Below are positions 15,501 to 25,000 of a stretch of DNA of 64,000 bases, in pieces. The stretch is from a virus, in IMG/VR virus record IMGVR_UViG_3300045988_054045. One strand, written 5' to 3'. A program made the position numbers and the translations under genes. Numbering within the stretch: the stretch's first letter is position 1; every line of letters starts with the position of its first letter. A model generated the notes under the pieces. The model ran no database searches, was not told where the DNA came from, and worked only from the letters and a program-made list of their open reading frames with translations.

Positions 15501-17249
15501 TATGCTCCTCCTACTCCTACAGAGGTATATGTAGTACCAGAAGGTGCTATGAAAGACCCTAATGCAAGGTATCTTTGGGAACTTATAAACAAGAAACCTA
15601 ATACTAACCATACTAAGAGGGCAGACTTACCTCATAAGAAGTCAAATAAAAAGAAGAAAACTTCTAAAGATGATAGAGTTACTAAGAAAGCAGAGGGCGG
15701 ATTAATTCAATTCTTACAAGGTGGTGATACAGTAGGAAGAATCAAGGCTAAAGATATGTCTAACTGGAATAGAGCATCTGCTCTGGCTAACTATGATTGG
15801 GTAGCTGATATTGATAGGTGGAAAGCTTCACATACTGGACCAGATGATTGGCGTTCTTCTTATATGCTCTCTTTTAATGGCGGAGAAGATATATATGACC
15901 AATTAACTGATAAGACTGGAGATTACTTCGGTGGTAAGTATAATTACTCAGTACAAGACCCATTAGCTAAACAAAGACAAATTACCTTTAGAGGAACTAA
16001 TCAAGGCTTTGATGACCTAATTAGAAATGGTATCGTAGGCTATGGTACTACAGAAGGTACAACTGGATTTGACGTGTATGCTGGTGATAGAACTGGTAAC
16101 AGAACGCTTGCCCGTGGAATGACTCCCGAAGACGTTGCTCGCTTTAATAAGCAATTAGCAACCAGAGGAATGGAGTTATATGACAAGGGTAATGGAACCT
16201 ATCGACTAAGAGCACTTCAGGAACCGACTCAACACCTAGACGAGGTTGTAGTTACAGCTCCTAAAGTAGCAGCTAGTGATACAACTAACCCATCTGGTAT
16301 AAAGCGTGTAACAAGTACTCCTAAGAAGAAGCTTAAACTTAATGTAGCTCCAGAGGAAGTATTAGCTTTAGGTAGAATGGTTGGTGGTTTGGCAGCTAAC
16401 AACAGGGCAGCTAAAGTATATAAGGAAGGACTAAAGCCAACCTTATTAGATACATTTGAGAATACTGTTCCACTTCAAGGTAATTTCCAAGCTAAGACCA
16501 ATGCAGAGCAACAAGCAGGTAATTTAGAATCTGTAGCTGCAAGACCTAGAACTTCTGATGCTTCACTACAGTTAGCTGGAGAGTTAGAGGCTAGTGATAG
16601 AGCAGGACAAGCTAGATTCCAAGGTGGTCTTCAAGATGCTGAAATGTTCTATAAAACTAGGATGTTAGGACAACAAGAATCTGATGCTGCTAAGGCAAGA
16701 AGAGTAGAGGTTGCTAACAGGAATAGAGCTTCAATGAATGCTATAGATGCAGCTAAGAAGCAGATTGATGCTGGAAGAATAACTGCTAATTATCAGCAAG
16801 TTATTGCTCCTTATTTAGCTGGTGTAGAGAATAGATTCAGACAAGCTAGAGGTATGAAGAATCAGTTAGCTTTAGAGTCTTATCTAAACAGAGTTGGTTC
16901 AGAATACGATACTGAATTAGCTAAGATTGGAGAGACTTACAAGAATGACCCAGTAGGGGCACAAAGAGAAATATCTAAATTACGCTCCAAGTATCAGTCA
17001 GATGCACTGAAAGAAAGAACATCACTGATAGATACTCCCTGGTTAGTTAGATTTAGTGGAAAGGGTTCTAAGCTGTCCTATGCTGAAAAAGCTATGCTTC
17101 AAAGGGCTAAGGATTTCAATAAGAGACTATCAGATGATAATAAACAATTTCATAAAGATATAATGGAATCTAAGAGGGAGCATAACAAGATGATTGCAAA
17201 TATGTCTGCTCTCACTGCTGCACTTATAAAGAAAGGAATGCAACTATGA
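12531..17249 (+). CDS. Giant protein (1572 aa); candidate ejected or internal virion (cargo) protein with a Gly-zipper hydrophobic region and a coiled-coil-like C-terminal part
   Basis: Uninterrupted 4.7-kb ORF with N-terminus MSQVIRKYNSGG. Internal KKENGGVLYMQFGG (aa 448-461) and KKAEGGLIQFLQGG (aa 1052-1065) are present. A Gly/Ala-rich hydrophobic stretch, ASIVADIGSLGAAYVPVYGTAASAVLGVGS...GLIPGLGTAAKG, is also present. No enzymatic motif recognised. Confidence 0.6.
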   Translation: MSQVIRKYNSGGQTDKPKLLSIKGLGDFNQDDLIKRGYRDVDEYTSSKGLKNAAAADFRNAVQYMLEGMNNGTITMDAMGNFQDATGQKSSTGELDRKKFLGIKTGVKNTENNAYGLAADYLYNIIKGAPQYKQPEVKAEKFNTNDYLTKEISKRWYGGNNIDFGNWFKNRSEKDRNALIADIFNSADYNKLYQEHDWTDTGINSVEDLMARGRAFGSAISNNKLDNDDYNTFATLGGSDLDKFLREASVETESTPEQSKMKAWEAEAEAAGATTPEAKAAFIQRKQREEADRNEAIIKANQQEIYERERNKFFNDYATRNPFKESIQSGYVPSSVSYKPEDYDKPIKDFYNNNIDQYLNDNLSRDWFRAGNTQHIANHMDYLINHLKMSLPDAGDGFVAIPSTFDYNNYTTMVYNPTTRQYRESSMLVNDALRRLANAHYDSTRTSKKENGGVLYMQFGGTYSAGANYSSYQQQRAQEKKTKEEETVRQKAESKGRTTEEQKVADRKPGSITSGDWTGADYTRLASIVADIGSLGAAYVPVYGTAASAVLGVGSSLANYGADVSENGFKWGDLGSLAMNLGLDTVGLIPGLGTAAKGSKMLKTAVKYIPKTLSLLAAYNYTGPAIESMKKAMTPGADLTVDDWRNIAEGFKMVLQGGKGVKRTVQARNLKKDLATGNKVLTTLGGKEVSVTPAQLSEIRSHRKLEDQEAALQLLLKDDNLRLAGDLNKRWFNPSRYLPDSNIRNEYDFNKKVKKRTSQGWIEVPRVYSNSDKYIAATMQQNVAKIPGVDELSMKYNDWKYRVEKSPKSNKGKKPSSQKEAPKEMLALPAPGQTHRVFHMGSGQPKVPQDVTNPSNLSKPGTYQDRAVHVGGTPVESPNANAVRTVRTINSILEPFVPKTTNLPAVIPASRNANKVVASQTIQPSQRLDQFIEGQIPGGRQFGKQRAKTEREYRDVFHPVAEREYNAVWDEAVRNRKDFGYEEVFPKRSPYAPPTPTEVYVVPEGAMKDPNARYLWELINKKPNTNHTKRADLPHKKSNKKKKTSKDDRVTKKAEGGLIQFLQGGDTVGRIKAKDMSNWNRASALANYDWVADIDRWKASHTGPDDWRSSYMLSFNGGEDIYDQLTDKTGDYFGGKYNYSVQDPLAKQRQITFRGTNQGFDDLIRNGIVGYGTTEGTTGFDVYAGDRTGNRTLARGMTPEDVARFNKQLATRGMELYDKGNGTYRLRALQEPTQHLDEVVVTAPKVAASDTTNPSGIKRVTSTPKKKLKLNVAPEEVLALGRMVGGLAANNRAAKVYKEGLKPTLLDTFENTVPLQGNFQAKTNAEQQAGNLESVAARPRTSDASLQLAGELEASDRAGQARFQGGLQDAEMFYKTRMLGQQESDAAKARRVEVANRNRASMNAIDAAKKQIDAGRITANYQQVIAPYLAGVENRFRQARGMKNQLALESYLNRVGSEYDTELAKIGETYKNDPVGAQREISKLRSKYQSDALKERTSLIDTPWLVRFSGKGSKLSYAEKAMLQRAKDFNKRLSDDNKQFHKDIMESKREHNKMIANMSALTAALIKKGMQL

Positions 17250-19084
17250 AATTAATTGATAAGCTACAACAAGGCGGGGGTATGCCCGCCTTTGTTAGCT
17301 ACACTAATGTACCCCAACCTCAAGTAGCTGCTCCCTATTCACCTGCAACAACTAGTAAGGAGGAATCAGACGGTTCTGTTGGGCTACTAGACAAGAATAT
17401 GGTAAAATTTTTATATGAGAATGGTATACCTAGTGATGTTGAAGCATTTATAGAAACTTCAGGTATATTCTCAGATAATATATATAAAAACCCCTTTAAG
17501 AAGGAAGATGCCACCGTCCAATATAAGACAATATTGAAAATGCTTCCTAGAATAAAGGCAGAAAATGAAAGATTTAAAAGTGCTATGACACAGGCGGACA
17601 AAAATGGTGGACTTGGAGAAATTGCAGTGACTGACGGTGGTCATGTAATTACGGTTAATGCTGAAGGCAAGTTACAGAAGAAGTCATTAAATGATGTAGA
17701 CCTCAATTCTGAACAAATATTAACTAATTCTGAGTTAGCTAACTATCGTGCCAATAGTGTTAGTGCAGCCTTTAATACTGACCTAACAAGTATTATAAAT
17801 AATGCTATAGGTGTTCCTAAAATCACCGAGTATATACAGTCAGTAATTAATAAGCTGGGAACTACCTCTATGTCCAGAGAGGGGTATGTAGGGCAGCAAT
17901 CTGGAAAAATATTGAAAGGTATAGAGTATCTAACTGCTTTGCAGCCAAGTAGGGAAGACCTATCTGGAATGTCAGTAGATGGTCTTTATAAGATGTCTAG
18001 CTTAGACAAGTCCCAGCAGGCTCAAGCTAATCAAGCATTAGGCTACTTGTTAGCTTCCTTGCCAAGAAATATGAGGACGGTTTTACAAGCTAAGGCAGCT
18101 ATGTACTTAGGAGATAATTCTGGAGAAGGGGTTAAGAAATTGTTGATGTCCTTAACTCAATCAGCATTGAGTGGGGAACATACTATAAAACTAGACCTAC
18201 AAGAGAAAATGGATGCTAAGGGGAATACCAAATCATCTGGTAGTAAGGATAACAATATTACAGACCCTGCTAAAGCATTCCTACTGGGATTGGGTGAGAT
18301 TAAGAACCATAAGATTAACAATGGAAATTCTTATAGTTTAAATCTTCCTGGTAATAGTGCCCCAATGGTCGATACATCTGGTAAGACTATAGGAAGTGCT
18401 ACGTTAGAGGATGCTGCAAGGAGTACATTCTCTGGAGTATTAGATTTTAAGAATGCTACAATGGGAGGACAGTTATTAAACTCTTCACAAAGGAGTAGGG
18501 TAGCTATAGATGGCTCAAATGTGGTGGCTGTAGACCTACCTATTGACGTAGAGGCGTTACAGTCTGGAGTTCTTAAACCTGATATAGATTCTTTAAAGAG
18601 ATTAGAATTAGCTGAAAATGAGATTAGAGAGGGAGATATAAAGGACGAAGCTCAGAAAAATGAGATTTATGCTAAGTATAAATTGCCTTACAAATATGTA
18701 AATGGTCAAATTAATACTTCTGCTTACGGAAGATTTGCTATATTAGACGCATCAGCTGATGAATCTGCATTTGCGGAAGACCCAACAATGGATGATACAC
18801 TTAGTGAGGTTACTGACATTAATGAAAGAGAAAGTATAGAAAGAATACTAAAAGCTGCTGATGCATCATTTAAGATGAGTCAGCCAGGTCTATTCTCCAG
18901 TGGTAACAACGTATATTCTGGTTCAGTTTATATTCCTGTGAGACAGAATCTTATTAATGCCTCTCTTGGCTCTGGTCATTATCCAACAATGCAGGGTAAT
19001 GATGCTATGGATATAGAAGCTAAGGAGCAACAAAAGCAAAAGTTACAAACCTATGTGCCAAGTCCTTCTCTATCTACACTATAA
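17246..19084 (+). CDS. Hypothetical protein (612 aa); candidate virion cargo protein
   Basis: ATGA overlap with the upstream giant ORF. The N-terminus MKLIDKLQQGGGMP shares the K-x-Q-x-G-G motif. No enzymatic motif recognised. Confidence 0.55.
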   Translation: MKLIDKLQQGGGMPAFVSYTNVPQPQVAAPYSPATTSKEESDGSVGLLDKNMVKFLYENGIPSDVEAFIETSGIFSDNIYKNPFKKEDATVQYKTILKMLPRIKAENERFKSAMTQADKNGGLGEIAVTDGGHVITVNAEGKLQKKSLNDVDLNSEQILTNSELANYRANSVSAAFNTDLTSIINNAIGVPKITEYIQSVINKLGTTSMSREGYVGQQSGKILKGIEYLTALQPSREDLSGMSVDGLYKMSSLDKSQQAQANQALGYLLASLPRNMRTVLQAKAAMYLGDNSGEGVKKLLMSLTQSALSGEHTIKLDLQEKMDAKGNTKSSGSKDNNITDPAKAFLLGLGEIKNHKINNGNSYSLNLPGNSAPMVDTSGKTIGSATLEDAARSTFSGVLDFKNATMGGQLLNSSQRSRVAIDGSNVVAVDLPIDVEALQSGVLKPDIDSLKRLELAENEIREGDIKDEAQKNEIYAKYKLPYKYVNGQINTSAYGRFAILDASADESAFAEDPTMDDTLSEVTDINERESIERILKAADASFKMSQPGLFSSGNNVYSGSVYIPVRQNLINASLGSGHYPTMQGNDAMDIEAKEQQKQKLQTYVPSPSLSTL

Positions 19085-19095
19085 AATCTAGTAAT

Positions 19096-22000
19096 ATGAC
19101 AAATTCAAAGGAAAATGATTGGCTGTTGAATAGAGTATCTAATCCTACCTTTTCTATCTCTGATTTTAAGGCAGTAGGATTAGATGCCACAAACACTTCA
19201 TTAGAAGATGCAAGTGTTTATAAGAACATTCCACAAATTCAAGATAATCCTGCATTTCAAACTGACGGCAAATTTGATGAAGCCAAGTTTGATAATATAT
19301 ATAAATACATGGCTGAGACTTACAACCAGTTGGCTGATGAGTCATATCAGGAGGATATTGTAAGCCAAGCTACGTTCCATAGAGATAATATCTTTGCAGA
19401 ACCTGAACAAAGAAGGAAAGGTCCAGATATTTATCTATCTAGGGAGGCTAACCCTCTTAGACAAAAGAGGGGGGTTAGAAGGTTGAACTTGTTGGACGCT
19501 CCAACTATGTCAGCGGATGAAGTTGCCCAAACCCAAAAAGTATTGGCTAATCCTATAGGAGCATCCAACGGTGCTAGCCCAGTGTGGCATGATTCTCCGA
19601 ATGATTCATTCTGGACTGATTTCTGGGATACTAGGGTCATGGCACAATGGGATGAAGATGGAGAACACGTAGACCCAATATCTAAAGAGCTAGTTAAACA
19701 CAAGAAGGGTGAATTAAAGCTAAATGAAAATGGAACCTACTATTATGAGAATTTAGACGGACGTGATGTTTATGGAAGGAGAGTTTTATCTAAGCTGAAT
19801 ACTCTAACTACTGATGGGTCTGCAATTAATAAATATGACTTCTTCGACTCAGACGGAATTGATAAAAGCGTTGCTGGCTCTCTAGCTAGGAATGCAATTT
19901 CAATCCTTCCTATGTTTATTCCTGGTATTAGTCCCTGGTATATAGGTGCAGGAATTGCCTTAGAAACAACTAAGGTTCTAGCTACTCTAGGTAAAGTGTT
20001 TTCTGGAAGTGACAATAAGTTCCTTTCATCTGTAGAGGGATTTACTAAGTCCTTAGAGCCTACAACCTCTGAATATGGTCAAAGCAATGCCTGGTCTATG
20101 GAGAACTTTATTAACCTGGCTGGGGATGTATTTAAGCAGCTATATGAACAGAGGTGGATATTTAAGTATGCTCCAGCTATAGTAAAAGGTAATCTAATGG
20201 ATGAAGCTGGAATAGCTAAGAAAGAATTGGAGTTCCAAAAAAAATGGGCTACATTGCAGGATTACACCAAACTGTCTCAAAAGGATATAGCTAAACTAGG
20301 TCGACAATTAGAAGAGCTTAAAGCTGTTACAGCATTAAAGGCTCAGAATGATTTAGAGAACTATATGAAGGGCTATAACAAGATAGGAGAAATTCTATCT
20401 AAGGCATATATGACTAGCATTACAGTTCAAGATGCCTATGGTGAAGCTAAGGAGCAGGGTGCTACTGACATGGAAGCAGCACTACTTACACTAGGATACG
20501 CTGCGGGTGAGTATGCTATTATTAATAGTAAGCTAGGAGAATGGATACTTCCAGAACTTAGGATGGATAAAGAGCAGATGAAGCAGGTAGTTAAAACTTT
20601 AACAGAAGGTTCTAGAAAAACTATTGATAATGCTTCTAAGGTTCAGAAAACTGAATGGATGAAGAAAATATTTAAGCTAGGTAAGGATGTTGCCCAAGCT
20701 AATTATTCAATAGGGAAGAGTGGACTAAAGGCTACTGCTGCAAATGCTCTTGGTGAAGGTATAGAAGAAGTATCTGAGGAAGTATTATATGATTTTGCTA
20801 AATCTGTTACCAATCTCGGTATGTGGTTAGCTGGTAGTGATACTCCTCCTTTACAAGCATGGGATAATATGCTAGACAGATATGGTATGTCCTTCGTCGG
20901 AGGTATGCTAGGTGGTGCTATGTTTGATGCCTTACCTAATCTTAGGGCAGCTAGGCAGCTTGGAAGTATGGATAGCAAGCAAGCTATGCAACAACTTGTT
21001 TATATGGCTAGAAATGGTAAAATGAATGATTTCTTAAAGCTGGTAAACAAGATGGAGCTTGGAAACAAGTACTTATCTGCCACTAAACTTGTAGATGGTG
21101 TAGATGGTAAGAAAATATGGGCACAGGGCACAGACTCTGATAATCAAGACCTTGCTGCTAAATCTGAGGTTAGGAGAATAGCTAAATTTGTTACTGATAC
21201 ATTAGCTGCACAAGGAGCTACTATTAGTGATGATGCTTTCTTTGACACACAAACACTTAATGACCTTAGGTTTTCTGCACTAAGAAATAGTAGTGTAGCT
21301 GCTAGTTACCTACAGGATTATAATAGCGTTTGTGAGAAGATTGTAACCCTGACCAATCAGCTTAACTCTCTTGGGGGAACTCAGGAAAGAATGGAAAATG
21401 GAGGTCCCACAGATGCACAAGTAAAAGAAAATGGTGATGAAGCAACTAAGGCTGAGAGAAGCAGACTAGAAGGAGAACTTAAGGCAGCTATTGAGAGAAA
21501 AGAGGCATATATGAAAGGAGAACTAGCTCCTCAGCTTATATATGAGTCTTTATTCGAGATGTCTACCGCTGTTAGTAGTGCATATCTATCTCCAACTCTT
21601 ATACAGTATGCTGAGAATAAAACTGGTAAGAAAGTAACAGATATTCCGAAAAACGAGTTAGAGGAAATATCCAAGGAGTACGAGGGGTGGAAGAACTCTG
21701 GATTTAAAGATGCAGTACGTACTGCCGCTTCCATCCATAAGTCTATAGCTAAAGTAATTGCTCCACTATTTCAAAATCATAGCTTAAAATACTATGAAAG
21801 TTTTGATGAAAATCTGCACTCTACATTAAGTGTCTTACAATCAGGATTGAATGAGTATGTTAATAGGCTTAACGAAACTAAAGACTCAGAGTCATTCTCA
21901 GAAGAGATGTCTCAGTTCAATGTACATTCATCAATGGGTATTATAAGCCCATTATTAGCTACTTTTGGAACTGAATCTGAGAAGTCTACGTTCACCGATA

Positions 22001-25000
22001 TTATAAATACTCCAATAACTGAGGATTATACAGCAGAGGTACAAGCGGAGCAGTATAACAAGTTGGTAGGTAAGTTCTTAGTGTCTCACATAGAGGCTAT
22101 TACTAAGCCTATTATAAATCAAGGTTACATTAATCCAGAACTAAAGAGAGTACTGAGCAGTACCCTAAATTCAGCATATTGGTACTTTATTAATCAGGCT
22201 GAATACTATGGGGATGAGAACAGTTATATAGATGCAACCAAGATGGAAGCAGCTAAAGCTCAAATTGATAAGTTGAAGCATTCAAATATCATTGAACTTT
22301 TAGACCAATTCTCTTTAAGTACTGCCGACTCAGATGTTAAAGTATCAAGTATTCTTGAAGAAACAGATGCTTCTTTAAAGGAGCATATGGAAGACCTATC
22401 TAACTTTAACCTAAATAATGAGAGGTTAGACCAAATTACTGAAGCTCTTTCAGTGATTAACATATTTAAGGCTCAGCTACTTAGTGCTAGAGTAGACAAC
22501 GCCGATTTATCTAATCTTTATGGTATGAATGTTACTATAAATGAGTTAGACTCTGAGGCTAACCTTGCTGAACTGCAATCAAATGTAGCTGACGCAATGA
22601 TGCAAGATTTGGAAGGTATTGAACTACGTCTTAAAACATTCCAAAAAATTATTGCTGCTAACAACGCTCAGAAATTAGGGGAACAAACTAGAACTGCTAA
22701 CAATAAGAATATACTTATCTATGATAGGATAAAAAGATTTATTCTTAGCATCCCTAATGACTGGTCTGGAAGGGCTGAGTTTGAGAGTGTAGTGAGTAGT
22801 CTAAGTAAATTAGAGGAAATATCTGCTGCTAAGAAGGTTAATCTTAATAAGGAGGAGAGGTTCCAAGTTGAATCAGAAATAGTTAAGTTAGATGATGCCA
22901 TATATGATTTCTTTAAAGCTAATAGCGATAAAGTAAAAAATCCAGAAGCTCTATCTAAGCTTATTAGTGTTGACAACTTTGGACTTATAACCCTAAATGA
23001 TAGTATAGAATCTCTAAACTCTAAGTCTACTAGTATAGATGATAATGCTATAGTTTGGTACATCGCCTCTAGAGCCGCAGTTCGAGCTTCTGATTTCTAT
23101 GAAGAATACAGGTCTATTATCAGTGATAAGATTGCACCTATTCCAACTCAGGAATTAGCTACTTATTTGGGATATGCATCTATACTTAATGGAGGTGTGA
23201 TAGAGAACTTCTGTGATGCTGTAAATACCTCCCTAAAGAACCACGCGGATTCTATGACTAATTCTGAGTGGGAGTCTAAGTATGGTAGAGGTATACCAAG
23301 AGAAGGTATATTAGATTCTTTAGTATCTCCAAGATTTGCTAGGGTTGCATTTATTGAGGGTATTCCTGGCAGTGGAAAGACTACTGGAGTATTTAATAAT
23401 CTTATAGTATTATTAAAGAAATATCATCCAGAAGTTCTTAAGAATGTTTGGATAGTTCATGCTACTGAAGATAGTGCTAAAGACCTTGCGAAGAACCTAG
23501 GTCTTGATACAGCAACAACTTTGGACAGGGAGCATTATATGAGAAAAATATCTCAAGAGTGGAAGGATTTCAAAGATTATCCGCAGAAGTCATCTAAAGA
23601 GGTAGACCCAACTTGGGAAGAAGACATTATGGTGTCTATAGTTGACGATGATATATACTTCGATGATAACAATATCACAAGGTCAAACTTCAAAATTAAT
23701 GAGATTTCTGAAGCACCTTCCCTAATCCTTATTGATGAAGTATCAAGACATACAGTTGTCGATATGGACTTAACTAATAGGTTCTCACAGAAGTATGGTA
23801 CTCCAGTGGTTGCAGCGGGAGACTTTGACCAAAGTAAAGCTATTGGTAGACACCTGATTAACTTCAAGGGAACAAATGTTAAGAATACCATACAACTAGC
23901 GCGTCGAAACTTTGTGAGATGTCCTAAGTTGGGAGTATCAATGAGAGCCAATAATCAGCAAGTAACAGTCAATCTTAACAACCTTAAGAGTATTCTGTCA
24001 GACCTAAGAAGCAATAATTATGGCTCTGACATAACGATGCATTACTACCAAGACAATTCTGGACTATTTGGAACTAAAGTCTATAATAGTAAAGACGTAA
24101 ATGGTTCTGTACCATATAGCATAGAATTAGTTAAGGCTGATATTGACCTTATGATTAGTAGTATGAATCCTGATGAGAAGATAGGATTTATCTATTATGA
24201 TACTGATACTGAAATATATAAGTTACTTTCAAGTGCTACTTATAAGGATAGAATAGACTTTAAACAAGGTAACTCTTCACAAGGTCTTGAAGGTAAGTAT
24301 TATATAATTGATGATTCTGCTGGTTTGGAAAACGAAGAGTACTGGGACGACCTTTATACTGGTATCTCTAGAGCTATACAGGGAAGTATCGTTCTACATA
24401 CTAAGGACAACTATAGAACCAGTAACTCTAATCAATTAGCCTCTATTCAAGATTCTTCTACTAGTGTCAGCGAATTGTCTAGGGATGGAATTAAAACATT
24501 CTCCTCTGAAAGAAGGGATATGTTAAATAGGCTTACTTTAGATAGTAAACCCACTGAACTAATTAAGAGAGAGAAAGATACTACTATACCCTCTGTTACT
24601 GTGGTTCCAGAAGTGGGATTAACCTCAGAGACTGCTACAACAGTAACTGATGACGGTACTAAGGAAACAGTGATTATCACAAATAACGGACTTCCAACCG
24701 AGAAAGATATAAGGGATAAGACCTTGGCGTCTAGTGAGGATACAACTCCACCCCCTGTACCTGCAACAAGTGTTAGCCACACCTCTAGTACTAAGACTGA
24801 AGCTATACTTGACTTACTAATGTACACATTCCCGACATTTGAATCTGGAACTACATTTGATGAGAAAGGTAATTTAATAGTAACTCCAGAAAATAGTAAG
24901 AGGTTAGATAGTTATTTCGGATTAAATAGGCTACCTGGAATCCAAGTAAAGAACAAGGAGACTTTTGATGAAGTAATAGGTAATCTAAGAAGTATTATAT

